Part shown: positions 41,550 to 51,709 of the stretch, in pieces | Layout of the letters: each line of letters opens with the position of its first letter | Position numbering within the stretch: the first letter of the stretch is position 1 | Origin: Thermoanaerobaculia bacterium | GTDB lineage: Bacteria; Acidobacteriota; Thermoanaerobaculia; Multivoradales; Multivoraceae | Direction of reading: 5' to 3' | NCBI GenBank assembly: GCA_963664405.1 | Contig: OY761158.1 | Span: forward strand, 2,656,001-2,720,000 | Length of the DNA stretch: 64,000 nt | Notes under the pieces: generated by a model | Databases searched by the model: none | What the model saw: the letters and a program-made list of their open reading frames with translations, nothing else | Told to the model about the DNA's origin: nothing | Program-made: the position numbers and the translations under genes

Positions 41550-42382
41550 ACCCGGGGGCCCTGCGCCAGCAAGGCACGGCGCAGCGCGATCACCGACTCG
41601 AGGAGTACCTCCGCGCGTGTAGGATCGAGTTGTGTCGCGCTGTCCGACAGTGCCTCCTCCGGGCGCGGGTGCACCTCCAAGAAGATCCCGTCGGCACCAG
41701 CCGCGACCGCGGCGCGCGCCAGCGGTTCGGCAAACTCTCGTTGCCCCCCGCTCCCGCGCTCACCAGCGCCGGGTAGCTGCAGGGAGTGAGTCACGTCGTA
41801 AATGACCGGGATTCCGTCTCGTTGCATCCGGGCGAAGGCTCGCATATCGACCACCAGATTACGATAGCCGAACGAGGTGCCACGCTCGATAACGACGACA
41901 CGCTGGTTACCGGTCTCTCGCACCTTCTCGACCACACGCAGCATGTCCTCCGGAGCCATGAACTGGCCCTTCTTGATCGCAATGCCTCGCTTGGTGCGGG
42001 CGGCCGCCACCAAGAGATCGGTCTGGCGGCAGAGAAACGCGGGGATCTGCAAAACGTCGCAAACCTCGGCAACAGCCTCGCACTGCGCCGGCTCATGGAC
42101 ATCGGTCAGTACCGGCAAGCCCGTAGTGGTCTTGACCACCTGCAAGATACGTAGCCCTTCGACGAGACCCGGGCCGCGAAAACTCTCGAGCGCGCTACGG
42201 TTCGCCTTGTCGAACGACGACTTGTAGATCAGAGGAGCGCCCAGGCGATGGCTGATCGCCGCCAGGGTCTGCGCCGTCTCGATCGCCGTCTCTTCCGACT
42301 CGATCACGCAAGGGCCCGAGATCCATGGAAAAGACTCCCTCCCGGTCGTAACTCCCGGTGCAAGATCGACCTCGAGGGTCAT
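41546..42382 (-). CDS. kdsA: KDO8P synthase
   Basis: GPCVIES, SFDKANRS, QIPAFLCRQTDL, KKGQF. Confidence 0.97.
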   Translation of the reverse strand: MTLEVDLAPGVTTGRESFPWISGPCVIESEETAIETAQTLAAISHRLGAPLIYKSSFDKANRSALESFRGPGLVEGLRILQVVKTTTGLPVLTDVHEPAQCEAVAEVCDVLQIPAFLCRQTDLLVAAARTKRGIAIKKGQFMAPEDMLRVVEKVRETGNQRVVVIERGTSFGYRNLVVDMRAFARMQRDGIPVIYDVTHSLQLPGAGERGSGGQREFAEPLARAAVAAGADGIFLEVHPRPEEALSDSATQLDPTRAEVLLESVIALRRALLAQGPRV

Positions 42383-44047
42383 TCAAGAAGGCTCTTCGGC
42401 CGCGATCTGTTCCGCCGCTTGGCGCGGCTCCCCACGCTCCACCACCCGGCGCAGACGCGCCTCTACCGCAGCGCGGATATAGGAAACAAAAAGCGGGTGA
42501 GGGTCAAAGGGCTTCGACTTGTACTCGGGATGGAACTGACACCCGAGAAACCAGGGATGATCCGGCACCTCGACCATCTCCACGAATTTGCCATCCGGGC
42601 TGAGGCCCGAGACCACTAAACCGCTGGAGTTCAGATCATCGAGATACTTCTGGTTCACTTCGTAACGGTGACGATGTCGCTCGCTGATCTGTGTCGTGCC
42701 ATAGACGCGATGCGCCAGGGTGCCCTCTTGAATGTCGCAGGGATAGGCGCCGAGTCGCATCGTACCGCCCATTTCTTCGACGCCCAGAAGGTCCCGCAGC
42801 TTGTAGATGATGGGGTCGGCCGCCTCTGGATCGAACTCCGCCGAGGTCGCATCTGCGAGCCCGCAGACATTGCGCGCAAACTCAATCACCATGCACTGCA
42901 GCCCAAGACAGATGCCAAAAAAAGGCACGCGATGCTCGCGAGCGTAAGCGATGGCCCGAATCTTTCCTTCGGTTCCCCGAGAGCCGAAGCCGATGGGCAC
43001 CAGGAGAGCATCGACGTCGAGAAGATCGGTCGACAACCCCCCGGTCTCGATCTCCACCGCATTCAGGTAGACCAGCTCCACCGAGACGTCGTTGGCGATG
43101 CCGCCATGCACCAGGGCTTCATTGAGGCTCTTATAGGCATCAGGAAGCTCGACATATTTGCCGACGATACCGACTCGTACTGCCCCCTTGGGGTTCTTGA
43201 TGCGGTCGAGAAGGCTCTCCCAACGCGAAAGATCTCGCTTGTGCTGGGTCAGATTCAACAGATCGAGAAGGATCTGATCCAAGCCCTCGCTGCAGAAACT
43301 GAGGGGCACCTCATAGACCGAGTCGACATCGCGCGCCGCGATCACATGATCCGGCTCGAGGTTGCAGAACAGAGCGATCTTGGCCTTCAGCTCGCTCGAC
43401 AGAGGGCGGTCGACGCGGCACAGCAGAACATCCGGCGAGATACCGATGGCGCGGAGCTCGCGCACCGAGTGCTGCGTAGGCTTTGTCTTCAGCTCGTCTG
43501 CCGCCGCGATATAGGGCACCAGTGTCAGGTGGAGATTGGCGGCGTTGTTGCGACCCAGCTCCAGGCGAAGCTGCCGAATCGCCTCGAGGAAGGGGAGAGA
43601 CTCGATGTCGCCCACGGTTCCGCCGATCTCGACAATGACCACGTCAACATCGTGGGCCTGGCGCTGCATGGCAGCTTTGATCTCGTCGGTGACATGGGGA
43701 ATCACCTGAACGGTGCTGCCGAGGTAGTCGCCCCTGCGCTCTTTGTTGATCACCGCCTCGTAGATCTTTCCAGTGGTGTAGTTGCTCCCTTTCGAAGTAA
43801 GGGCGTGAGTAAAGCGCTCATAATGACCCAGATCGAGATCTGTCTCGGCGCCGTCGTCGGTCACGAAGACCTCGCCGTGCTGGTAAGGAGACATGGTGCC
43901 GGGGTCGACGTTCACATAAGGGTCGAGCTTCATCAGCGCGACGGAAAACCCCCGCGATTCGAGGATCGCACCGACCGAAGCGGCGGCGACCCCCTTTCCC
44001 AGAGACGAGACCACGCCACCCGTTACGAAGATGTACTTCGTCGCCAT
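42383..44047 (-). CDS. pyrG: CTP synthase
   Basis: [32 protein letters not shown]. Confidence 0.98.
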   Translation of the reverse strand: MATKYIFVTGGVVSSLGKGVAAASVGAILESRGFSVALMKLDPYVNVDPGTMSPYQHGEVFVTDDGAETDLDLGHYERFTHALTSKGSNYTTGKIYEAVINKERRGDYLGSTVQVIPHVTDEIKAAMQRQAHDVDVVIVEIGGTVGDIESLPFLEAIRQLRLELGRNNAANLHLTLVPYIAAADELKTKPTQHSVRELRAIGISPDVLLCRVDRPLSSELKAKIALFCNLEPDHVIAARDVDSVYEVPLSFCSEGLDQILLDLLNLTQHKRDLSRWESLLDRIKNPKGAVRVGIVGKYVELPDAYKSLNEALVHGGIANDVSVELVYLNAVEIETGGLSTDLLDVDALLVPIGFGSRGTEGKIRAIAYAREHRVPFFGICLGLQCMVIEFARNVCGLADATSAEFDPEAADPIIYKLRDLLGVEEMGGTMRLGAYPCDIQEGTLAHRVYGTTQISERHRHRYEVNQKYLDDLNSSGLVVSGLSPDGKFVEMVEVPDHPWFLGCQFHPEYKSKPFDPHPLFVSYIRAAVEARLRRVVERGEPRQAAEQIAAEEPS

Positions 44048-44811
44048 CAATCTCCTCCTACGACGATCAACCGTTCCACTCGTTTCAGATCTTCGAGAGT
44101 ATCGACTCCCATCGACGGGCGTGCGGCACGCAGCACGCGGATGCGGTAGCCGTTCTCGAGCGCGCGCAGCTGCTCGAGCGACTCGCTCTCTTCCAGCGGT
44201 GAAGGCGGCAACGCGGCGAGCTCGAGCAGCGTCTGCCTCTGGTAGCCATAGACCCCGACGTGAAGCAAGTACGGCGCGTGGCCGACGTTGCGCAGGTAGG
44301 GAACTCGGGACCGGCTGAAGTAAAGAGCGTAGCCCTCACGATCTACCACCACTTTGACCGCATTGGGGTCATCAACCAACTCTTCCGGGCACTCGACCGC
44401 CAGGGTCACGATCGGGTCATCGGGGTGCTCGACCAGATGCTCGATGACCGAGGTCAAGTCGCCGCCATCGACCAGAGGCTCGTCACCTTGCACATTGACT
44501 ACCGCCTGTGCCGCCCAGCTCTTCGCCGCCCAGGCCACCCGGTCGGTGCCGCTGAGACAGTCCTCAGGAGTGAGCTCGCAACAGCCGCCGAACCGCTCGA
44601 CCGCGTCGACGATGCGAGCGTCATCGGTGAGCACGACCACCTGGTCGAAGGCCTCGACGTCACGCACCCGACGGTAGACATGCTCGATCAAAGAGCGCCC
44701 GGCGAGCAGTCTAAGTGCCTTACCCGGCAAGCGGGTAGAACCGTAGCGAGCTGGAATCGCACCTACCACCGAGCGTTCACTTTGAGTTGTTACGGGAGCT
44801 GCAGAGGACAC
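44047..44811 (-). CDS. kdsB: CMP-KDO synthetase (start approximate)
   Basis: [35 protein letters not shown]. Confidence 0.95.
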   Translation of the reverse strand: MSSAAPVTTQSERSVVGAIPARYGSTRLPGKALRLLAGRSLIEHVYRRVRDVEAFDQVVVLTDDARIVDAVERFGGCCELTPEDCLSGTDRVAWAAKSWAAQAVVNVQGDEPLVDGGDLTSVIEHLVEHPDDPIVTLAVECPEELVDDPNAVKVVVDREGYALYFSRSRVPYLRNVGHAPYLLHVGVYGYQRQTLLELAALPPSPLEESESLEQLRALENGYRIRVLRAARPSMGVDTLEDLKRVERLIVVGGD

Positions 44812-44959
44812 GTTCAACTGTACAAGGGTCGGTACCCAGAGTCCAGAGTTCGGCGCTCGGAAATAGCAAATATCACTTCCTAGCGCTGAAGAGCGTGGCG
44901 CGCACCTTGGGAAGCGAGGAAGTTCCATTCCTGGGACCCCTAAATGCTAGTGTCGCCGC

Positions 44960-45991
44960 ATGAGCAACGCGGGGCGCGCATTCCGCCTCGACCGACGCCG
45001 CAGCTTGATTTTGCTGGGGGCTCTGATACTGCTCGGCGCTGCGGAGCGAGGGGTGCGGCCGCTCGTCTCCCGCTTTCTTCTACCGACACGGGGTAGTCAG
45101 TGGATCTGGGCTCCAGGTGGACTCGAGAGTCCCGACGGGCTCGCTTTCTTCGCCGTAGGCGACTTCCACATCGACCGAGCGCCAACAGAAGCGCGGCTGC
45201 AGATCCTGGCGGACGAAGAGTACTTCCTCTTCGTCAATGGCCATCGGATCGGCTCGGGCGCCTATTTTGCCGGAGCGCATCTGGATAGCTACGGGCTCCA
45301 AGGGGAGCTGCGAGCCGGTTGGAACCGAGTCGCGGTCGAGCTGCGAAGCGGGAGGGGCGCCGGTGGACTGCTCGTCACGCTGACCGGCGACGAAGACGAA
45401 ACCCTGCTCTTGAGCGACGGATCTTGGCGCACCTTCTACGACGACGCCGGAGTGGTCGAAGGCTCTCGCCGCCTAGGAGACGGGGTTCCAGTGGTGGTCT
45501 GGCAGTCTCCTCCCACCGGTGGATGGGGGATCCCGCGTATCGGCCCGGATCGCCCCCGGGCCAAGGAACCGTTCCCCCGCTCTCTACCCATGATCTCCCG
45601 AAGTGAGCTGGTAGAGCCGGCAGGAGACGGAGTGAGCCCTCCCATCCCCTTTACCCTCTTTGACTTTGGTGAGCCAAGGGTCGGGCACCTCGTCCTCCAA
45701 GAGTTGCTGAACGAGCCGCGAAGGTTCGAGGTCTCGCTCGGAGCCACCCCAGAAACGATCGACGAAAAATGGACCGTTCTGCTCAGAGAGGGGCAAGGTC
45801 TGTGGCGGCATAGCGAGGCCCGGAGCCTCCGCTACGTCCGCGTCGAAGGCTACCCGATCAAGATGCGGGCGGCACTCATACCAGCTCCCTCCGAGCTCCT
45901 CGCGCAAGACGAGGCGAGGGCGACCCGCCGGCGGATAGGCGTCTTCGGCCTCGACAGGCCCAGCAGAAGCGCCCACCTCGCTCTTCCGTAA
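44960..45991 (+). CDS. Hypothetical protein with a jelly-roll domain like the alpha-L-rhamnosidase N-terminus
   Basis: QWIW, ILADEEYFLFVNG, LRAGWNRVAVE, SDGSWR, FDFG. Confidence 0.6.
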   Translation: MSNAGRAFRLDRRRSLILLGALILLGAAERGVRPLVSRFLLPTRGSQWIWAPGGLESPDGLAFFAVGDFHIDRAPTEARLQILADEEYFLFVNGHRIGSGAYFAGAHLDSYGLQGELRAGWNRVAVELRSGRGAGGLLVTLTGDEDETLLLSDGSWRTFYDDAGVVEGSRRLGDGVPVVVWQSPPTGGWGIPRIGPDRPRAKEPFPRSLPMISRSELVEPAGDGVSPPIPFTLFDFGEPRVGHLVLQELLNEPRRFEVSLGATPETIDEKWTVLLREGQGLWRHSEARSLRYVRVEGYPIKMRAALIPAPSELLAQDEARATRRRIGVFGLDRPSRSAHLALP

Positions 45992-46010
45992 AGACTGTGT
46001 CCCCCACGCA

Positions 46011-46188
46011 CTAGACCAGCGTTTCCAAAGTTCGTGTACATAGGTCGAGGTCATTCTGTTCGCTGGCCAGGCGCGCCGACGCAGGCATATTGGGCAATAT
46101 GTCGAGGAGCGAGGGGGCGCCTAGCCAACGCCGTCAGCGGACAGAAGGGGCCGAGATATGTGCGCGAACTTTGGAAACGCTGGTCTAG
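46011..46188. mobile_element. MITE/palindromic element copy 2
   Basis: Same 24-bp TIR and 178-bp length as 7459-7636; lies between convergent genes. Confidence 0.9.
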
Positions 46189-46203
46189 GAGGCGAGGGTC
46201 GAG

Positions 46204-47226
46204 TCAGAAGCGTCGGCGCAGGATGTACTCGGGAGCGTATTCCAGAGCGAAACGGGCCGGCACCGCGGGAAAGATGTCGAGAACCCGACGCGCTTCTTCA
46301 GCCCGAGCTCGAGCCATCGCCTCTACTTCGTCCAGGGTGCCGGCTGAGTGGACCAGCTCGAGAATCTGGTCTGGCCCAACGCGATCGAAGCTGCGGTCTT
46401 CGAGCACCTTCGCGACCAGCCCCCTTTCCTTGGCGCCACTGCGATTGAGGACGAGAATCAGCGGCAGGGTCAGCTTTCCTTCTCGGAGGTCGGTCAGCAC
46501 AGGCTTGCCGAGCTCGTCCTCACTGGCGGTGAAGTCGAGAAGATCGTCGACCAGCTGAAAACAGGTCCCCAACTGCCGGCCATAGGTATGCAGGGCCGCG
46601 CCCGCGCCGTTCGATGACGGAGCAATGAGCGAGGGGATTGACGCGGCAGCGGCAAAGAGGTGGGCCGTTTTCCGGTCGGTGATCTCGAAGTACTCCTCCA
46701 CCGAGATGTCGATCGAACCCAGACGCTCCAAGGTCCACAACTCGCCTTCGATCATCTTCAGAGTCGCTTCACAGAGCCGACGGATCACCTCCAGATTGTT
46801 GTGGACCAGCGCCATTTTCATCGCGGTGGTGTAGATCCAATCGCCGAGAAGAACCGTTCTGCTGTTGCCCCAGAGCTCGTTCACACTGGCCGCGCCCCGT
46901 CGCAGGGTGGCGTGATCGATGATGTCGTCGTGCACCAGGCTGGCGGTGTGGATGAACTCGATCACCGCGGCATAGGTGATCTCCTCCTCGCCGTCATGGC
47001 CAAGCAGCCGTGAGGCGAGGAGTAATAGCGCCGGCCTCACTCGCTTGCCACCGCTCGAAGCGATGTAATCGCCGGCGTTGGCTATGAAGGGGACGTCGGA
47101 TTCGAGATAGCGCCGAAAGACGACCTCGGTAGCCTCCAGCTTGTCATCGACGAGAGCGAGAAACTGCTGCTGGAGACTGGCGAGGTTCTCTTCCTCGCGT
47201 TCAGCCAGAGAAATATCGTGAGACAA
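46204..47226 (-). CDS. ispB: Polyprenyl diphosphate synthase
   Basis: GGKRVRP, HTASLVHDDIID, FQLVDDLLD. Confidence 0.9.
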   Translation of the reverse strand: MSHDISLAEREEENLASLQQQFLALVDDKLEATEVVFRRYLESDVPFIANAGDYIASSGGKRVRPALLLLASRLLGHDGEEEITYAAVIEFIHTASLVHDDIIDHATLRRGAASVNELWGNSRTVLLGDWIYTTAMKMALVHNNLEVIRRLCEATLKMIEGELWTLERLGSIDISVEEYFEITDRKTAHLFAAAASIPSLIAPSSNGAGAALHTYGRQLGTCFQLVDDLLDFTASEDELGKPVLTDLREGKLTLPLILVLNRSGAKERGLVAKVLEDRSFDRVGPDQILELVHSAGTLDEVEAMARARAEEARRVLDIFPAVPARFALEYAPEYILRRRF

Positions 47227-47269
47227 GCGCGAAATCCTTGCCTAGTGTCGCTTTCCGGAAAAGCCCTGT

Positions 47270-48067
47270 TTAGGGTTCAGGTACCGCCTCAAATTCCACC
47301 GTCTGGTACAACTGACCGTCACGAAAGTAGTACGAAACTCCATCAGAGAAGTACCACCAGGTCACTTCTTCGGCACTGCTCAGCTGAAGCCGGTCGACTC
47401 TATCCGGTTTGCCCATCTGATCATAGATTCCTCTCTGGTCCTCGCCAGAGACTGTCATAGAGGGTCCAGGATCGCCCGAGGCCGAGACCGCGTCATCGGT
47501 TGTGGGTTCGGGAGCGGCTGCGGGCCGCGTCGGCGTAACGGCTGGTGACTCGCTCGAGACCTCGGACGAGGCCCTGGGCACTGCCTTGGACGACGCCTTG
47601 GACGGCCCCTCCAGACCCACCGCGACGACCACCGGGCTCCCTTCCAGAATACGCCGGCTGAGATCTACCTCGCCCAGAAGGCGCTCGACCGATGCGCCGT
47701 TCGGCTGCTCACTCACTTCTACCACGTGCACGCGGAAGAAGTTGTAGTAGGGATTCCACTTCCAATCGAAGCTGAAGCGGCCGTTTTCGTCGCTGAGTGT
47801 TGAAACGCGTACAAGACCCTTCCCCTCGGGGCCCCCGCCTTTCTTGGACACCAAGAGATCGATGCGGAGGCCCGCGATCCTGCCTTCCCCGAAGGGGTCG
47901 GAGACCGATCCGGTGACGGTCACCATCGCTCCGCGTTGGTAGGTCTTGGCGGCCGCGGCGGTGGTGGCCGACAGAGCCACCGCTGCCGCGAGAAGAAGCA
48001 GCTTGACGGTGGGATTGGAGCTGCCCAGACGCACTCGATCCTCGGAGGAGACTATATCGCTTACCAA
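47270..48067 (-). CDS. Hypothetical exported protein
   Basis: Signal-like KLLLLAAAVALSATTAAA, beta domain, Pro/Ser linker, C-terminal GKPD...WWY small domain. Confidence 0.6.
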   Translation of the reverse strand: MVSDIVSSEDRVRLGSSNPTVKLLLLAAAVALSATTAAAAKTYQRGAMVTVTGSVSDPFGEGRIAGLRIDLLVSKKGGGPEGKGLVRVSTLSDENGRFSFDWKWNPYYNFFRVHVVEVSEQPNGASVERLLGEVDLSRRILEGSPVVVAVGLEGPSKASSKAVPRASSEVSSESPAVTPTRPAAAPEPTTDDAVSASGDPGPSMTVSGEDQRGIYDQMGKPDRVDRLQLSSAEEVTWWYFSDGVSYYFRDGQLYQTVEFEAVPEP

Positions 48068-48708
48068 TCGTCCAACCAGGTGATTCCGTCGGGTGGGTTG
48101 AAGAGACCGGCGACTCCGCCCGCTCGGAACCTGGAGATTCTAAATTCGGTCAGATTGCCCTCAGGATCGAGGTATCGCAAACTCAGGAGCCGGTCGAGGC
48201 CGGCATTGAGACGGAGCGTGGCCTGGGAAACGAGCTCGTTGGGCTCTTTAGGAACGAGAGTAATCTCCACACCGCGACCCGCGCCCGTCGCCACGCTTGC
48301 AGAATAGCGAGCCTCGAGCTCACCGACGGAGACGAGCAGTAGATCGAGGCCCGGCTCTCTCTGCGCGTCGATCTCCGCGACCCGTCCTTCATCCTCCCCG
48401 GGATTCCAGTAGTGAATGACGTCGCCGCAGAGGATGAAGGCCTTCGGGTAGGGCTCGCTGTAGTCCCAGCGCATGCAGTCCGGAAGGGATAAGGCGAGCC
48501 GACCCGACTCCTCCTCACCGGTGGAGAATCCCTCGGGTACGAAGCTCTGGGTGAACTCGGCGGTAAAGGGGCTCTGCTCACTCAGATTGCCCCGAAACTC
48601 AGCCAGAACCGACCAGGGATCCTCGGCGCCACAGAGAGTAGACGCCAAGAGCAAGTGCAGGGCCCCTCCGACAGCGGCGGCTTTCAATGTCCCTGGCTTT
48701 CGAGCCAA
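48061..48708 (-). CDS. lolA: Outer-membrane lipoprotein carrier LolA family protein
   Basis: [27 protein letters not shown]. Confidence 0.8.
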   Translation of the reverse strand: MARKPGTLKAAAVGGALHLLLASTLCGAEDPWSVLAEFRGNLSEQSPFTAEFTQSFVPEGFSTGEEESGRLALSLPDCMRWDYSEPYPKAFILCGDVIHYWNPGEDEGRVAEIDAQREPGLDLLLVSVGELEARYSASVATGAGRGVEITLVPKEPNELVSQATLRLNAGLDRLLSLRYLDPEGNLTEFRISRFRAGGVAGLFNPPDGITWLDDW

Positions 48709-49280
48709 GCCGTGATCGCGGCGTCATAGGCCTGCGTATGACCAAAGGCCTTCAATGCCAGTCGCTGGCGAAGGCTCTCCGGGACCACTAGATCTCCCTC
48801 ACGAAGTGCCCCGAGAACCGTCGGATAGTCGCTCGGATCGACCACGACTGCAACGCCGGCGTGGTTCTTGGCGGCGGCGCGAGCCATACAGGGTCCGCCG
48901 ATGTCGATGTTCTCGATGATCTCCAGGGGCGTCGCCCCCTCACGGGCAACCGTCTGCTGGAAGGGGTAGAGGTTCACCGCGACGATATCGATCGGCACAA
49001 TCCCCTGCTGCTCGAGCTCTTCCAGGTGAGCGGGCTTCGAGCGATCGGCAAGGATGCCGCCGTGGATCTTGGGGTGGAGTGTCTTAACCCTCCCTTCGAG
49101 GATCTCGGGAGAGCCCGTGACATCGGCTACCGCCATCGCCTCGACACCGCCTTCGCGCAGATGGCGCAGAGTTCCTCCGGTCGAGATCACTTCGATGCCG
49201 AGGTCGTTCAGACCCTTGGCGAACTCCGCCACCCCGGTCTTATCCGACACCGAAACCAGCGCCCGTCGAGCTTGTAGCAT
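48684..49280 (-). CDS. purH: IMP cyclohydrolase (N-terminal domain of PurH only)
   Basis: [42 protein letters not shown]; stops after YDAAITAWL. Confidence 0.85.
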   Translation of the reverse strand: MLQARRALVSVSDKTGVAEFAKGLNDLGIEVISTGGTLRHLREGGVEAMAVADVTGSPEILEGRVKTLHPKIHGGILADRSKPAHLEELEQQGIVPIDIVAVNLYPFQQTVAREGATPLEIIENIDIGGPCMARAAAKNHAGVAVVVDPSDYPTVLGALREGDLVVPESLRQRLALKAFGHTQAYDAAITAWLESQGH

Positions 49281-49308
49281 GAGATCTCCCGTTAGAAAGT
49301 CGGTGCGC

Positions 49309-50067
49309 TCAGTGGAGGCGCGGGACCTTGATCAGACGGTCAACGGACTGCGGCAGACGGGGTACAGGATCGGCGCCCCCGGCCTCGAGCCACACCAGGC
49401 GCAGCATCGCCACCGCATCGGTGAGAGCGCGGCTGAAAGAGACCGCGGCGACACCGAAAGCTGTGGAGCGGTCATCGAAAGCACCCACGCCGGAGCGGCC
49501 GCCGATGCGGCTGTACTCGTGCCCTATGAACGGATAGAGAGCACGAGAGCGCTGCAAGGTTCGCTGCACGAAGGCGGGCACCGTCTCGATGCCATCGAGA
49601 CGCTCGTCCACTCCGTAGAAGGCGACGGCGAATCGAGGCTCTGCGCTCGACACATAGCGAACGAAGTCGTCGGCGTACTTACTCTCGGCAGGATCGGCGG
49701 TCGAGGTCCGCAGCGGGTAGTTGGCGTCATTGAGGTAATGAACCAGCACACCAAGCTGTTCGACGACATCCTCGAACGGTCGGTGCCCCACGATATAGCT
49801 GACAGCGCGCTGCGCCTCCTGACCGATCACGAGGTCGAGGCTACCGCTGCCGTCCGCGTTCTTTTCATGCCTTCGCTCGTCAGAATCATCGAACGGCGCT
49901 ATCAGCCCATCGCGGAAGGCGAGCTTGTGGCGAAGAATTTGGCGATAGAGATCGGGGGGTGCGAGGCGAGCCGCTTCCCAGCCGATCTGCACCTGATTCT
50001 CCTTGCTCCACGCCGAGAGCGGCGTCGGCAGAAGGAGAACGAGCAGTAGGATAGTTCGTGGAGTCAT
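49309..50067 (-). CDS. Exported zinc-dependent PLC/S1-P1-like fold protein
   Basis: Signal peptide followed by Trp (LSA-W); [15 protein letters not shown]. Confidence 0.55.
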   Translation of the reverse strand: MTPRTILLLVLLLPTPLSAWSKENQVQIGWEAARLAPPDLYRQILRHKLAFRDGLIAPFDDSDERRHEKNADGSGSLDLVIGQEAQRAVSYIVGHRPFEDVVEQLGVLVHYLNDANYPLRTSTADPAESKYADDFVRYVSSAEPRFAVAFYGVDERLDGIETVPAFVQRTLQRSRALYPFIGHEYSRIGGRSGVGAFDDRSTAFGVAAVSFSRALTDAVAMLRLVWLEAGGADPVPRLPQSVDRLIKVPRLH

Positions 50068-50104
50068 ACTGTCGGGTCGTTAAATTAGCAGAGAAGAGGC
50101 CTCG

Positions 50105-50350
50105 ATGGACCCCCGAGACGCTACGATCATTGAGAGACTGGACACCCGCGGCACATTTTGTCCGGTGCCGATCCTGCTAACAGCGCGTCGAATCAAGCTT
50201 CTGCCACCGGGTGAACGGCTGGAGGTCCTCGGCGACGATCCCGGGATCCTCGAAGACATGCCGGTCTGGTGTCAGGAGACGGGCAATACTTTGGTGGCTA
50301 TCAAGCACGAACAAGGCGAGATATGCTGCGTCGTCGAAAAGGCGGGGTAA
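50105..50350 (+). CDS. tusA: Sulfur carrier TusA family protein
   Basis: LDTRGTFCPVP, DDPG...D...WC. Confidence 0.88.
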   Translation: MDPRDATIIERLDTRGTFCPVPILLTARRIKLLPPGERLEVLGDDPGILEDMPVWCQETGNTLVAIKHEQGEICCVVEKAG

Positions 50351-50402
50351 AGCTCACCGATGCTTGACTCCCGTTGCGGTCGCTGCTACAAATCGCGCCC
50401 AT

Positions 50403-50478
50403 GCCCAGGTAGCTCAGTCGGTAGAGCACGTGACTGAAAATCACGGTGTCGGTGGTTCGATTCCGCCCCTGGGCACCA
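50403..50478 (+). tRNA. tRNA-Phe(GAA)
   Basis: Anticodon arm cgtga-ctgaaaa-tcacg, CCA end. Confidence 0.97.
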
Positions 50479-50581
50479 CGATCTAAAGGACTTAGAAGCC
50501 GACACCAAGCCCGTCTCGAAAGTCCAGCAATCAGATAGCAATCAGGATTTTCTGATTCGCCTGTTGGGGCGGATGTTTTGT

Positions 50582-50616
50582 TTTTTGTTTTGGTCCGGAT
50601 GAGGACCAAAACAAAA
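50582..50616. repeat. Inverted repeat at the island edge
   Basis: ttttgttttggtcc-ggatga-ggaccaaaacaaaa. Confidence 0.7.
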
Positions 50617-50930
50617 GCAAGATCGGCCGTAGCGAGTTCCTTCTGCTCTCGAACCGGGTTCGGACCGGCACGCTCCAAGGATTCGAGGAGGTGCTGGGGA
50701 GCGTCGGTCGGGACGAGGTGGACGCCCCGAAGGCTCCGGCGAGCGTCGACTCCCACTCGTCTCAGCGGTCCTCGGACCGGTACGCGCCACGCCCCCGCTC
50801 ACGGAAAGTCGTCCACCAGGATCTCTTCAAACCCGGCACGGAAACCTCGACAGGGATCCCTGTCCCTACCAGAAACTCCATCCGCGCAGCAGTTTCGGAC
50901 GTCACACTTGCCAGGAGTATCCTTGGTGTG

Positions 50931-51706
50931 ATGATTCGTCTTCTAGGAGTATTGCTTCGCTCAGTAGTGGCGGCACTCCAGACTCGCCGCCAGCTCGCCC
51001 TCGAAAACCTGGCTCTTCGGCAGCAGCTCTCAGTGCTTCTGTCGGCGCGGCGGCCGTCTTTGACCAACCTCGATCGGGTCTTCTGGACCATTCTCCGGCG
51101 CCGATGGAGTCATTGGACGCACGCGCTCGTGATCGTGCAGCCCGAGACCGTCGTCCGCTGGCACCGGCAGGGATTCAGGCTGTACTGGCGATGGAAGAGC
51201 CGAAATGGCAGCGCTGGACGGCCGAAGATAGACCCGGAGGCCCGAGCCTTGGTTAGAAGGATGAGCTTGGCCAACCCGTTCTGGGGCGCACCGAGGATTC
51301 ATGGCGAGCTCCTCAAGCTAGGGATCGAGATCTCGGAGACGACGGTCGCCAAGTACATGCCGAGGTCGCGCCGGCCACCCTCTCAGTCCTGGCGAGCATT
51401 TCTGGACAACCATCTCAAGGATCTGGTCTCAATCGACTTCTTCACGATCCCCTCGGCGACATTCCACGTCCTTTTCGTCCTCATCGTCCTCCGCCACGAC
51501 CGCCGGCGCATCCTTCACTTCAACGTTACCGAGCATCCCACCGCGGAGTGGACCGCCCAGCAGATGGTTGAAGCGTTTCCTTGGGACACAGCACCGCGCT
51601 ATCTCCTCCACGATCGCGATGCGGTTTTCGGAAACAACTTCCGGTCGCGTGTGGCTGGGCTCGGAATGGCCGAGGTGCTCATAGCACCACGATCGCCTTG
51701 GCAGAA
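50931..51706 (+). pseudogene. DDE transposase, N-terminal part
   Basis: NPFWGAPRIHGEL, SIDFFT, YLLHDRD, APRSPWQ. Confidence 0.87.
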
Positions 51707-51709
51707 GGG

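Noticed and set aside
50620-50860. Possible integrase C-terminal remnant next to tRNA-Phe
   Set aside because: No catalytic motif can be read with confidence.
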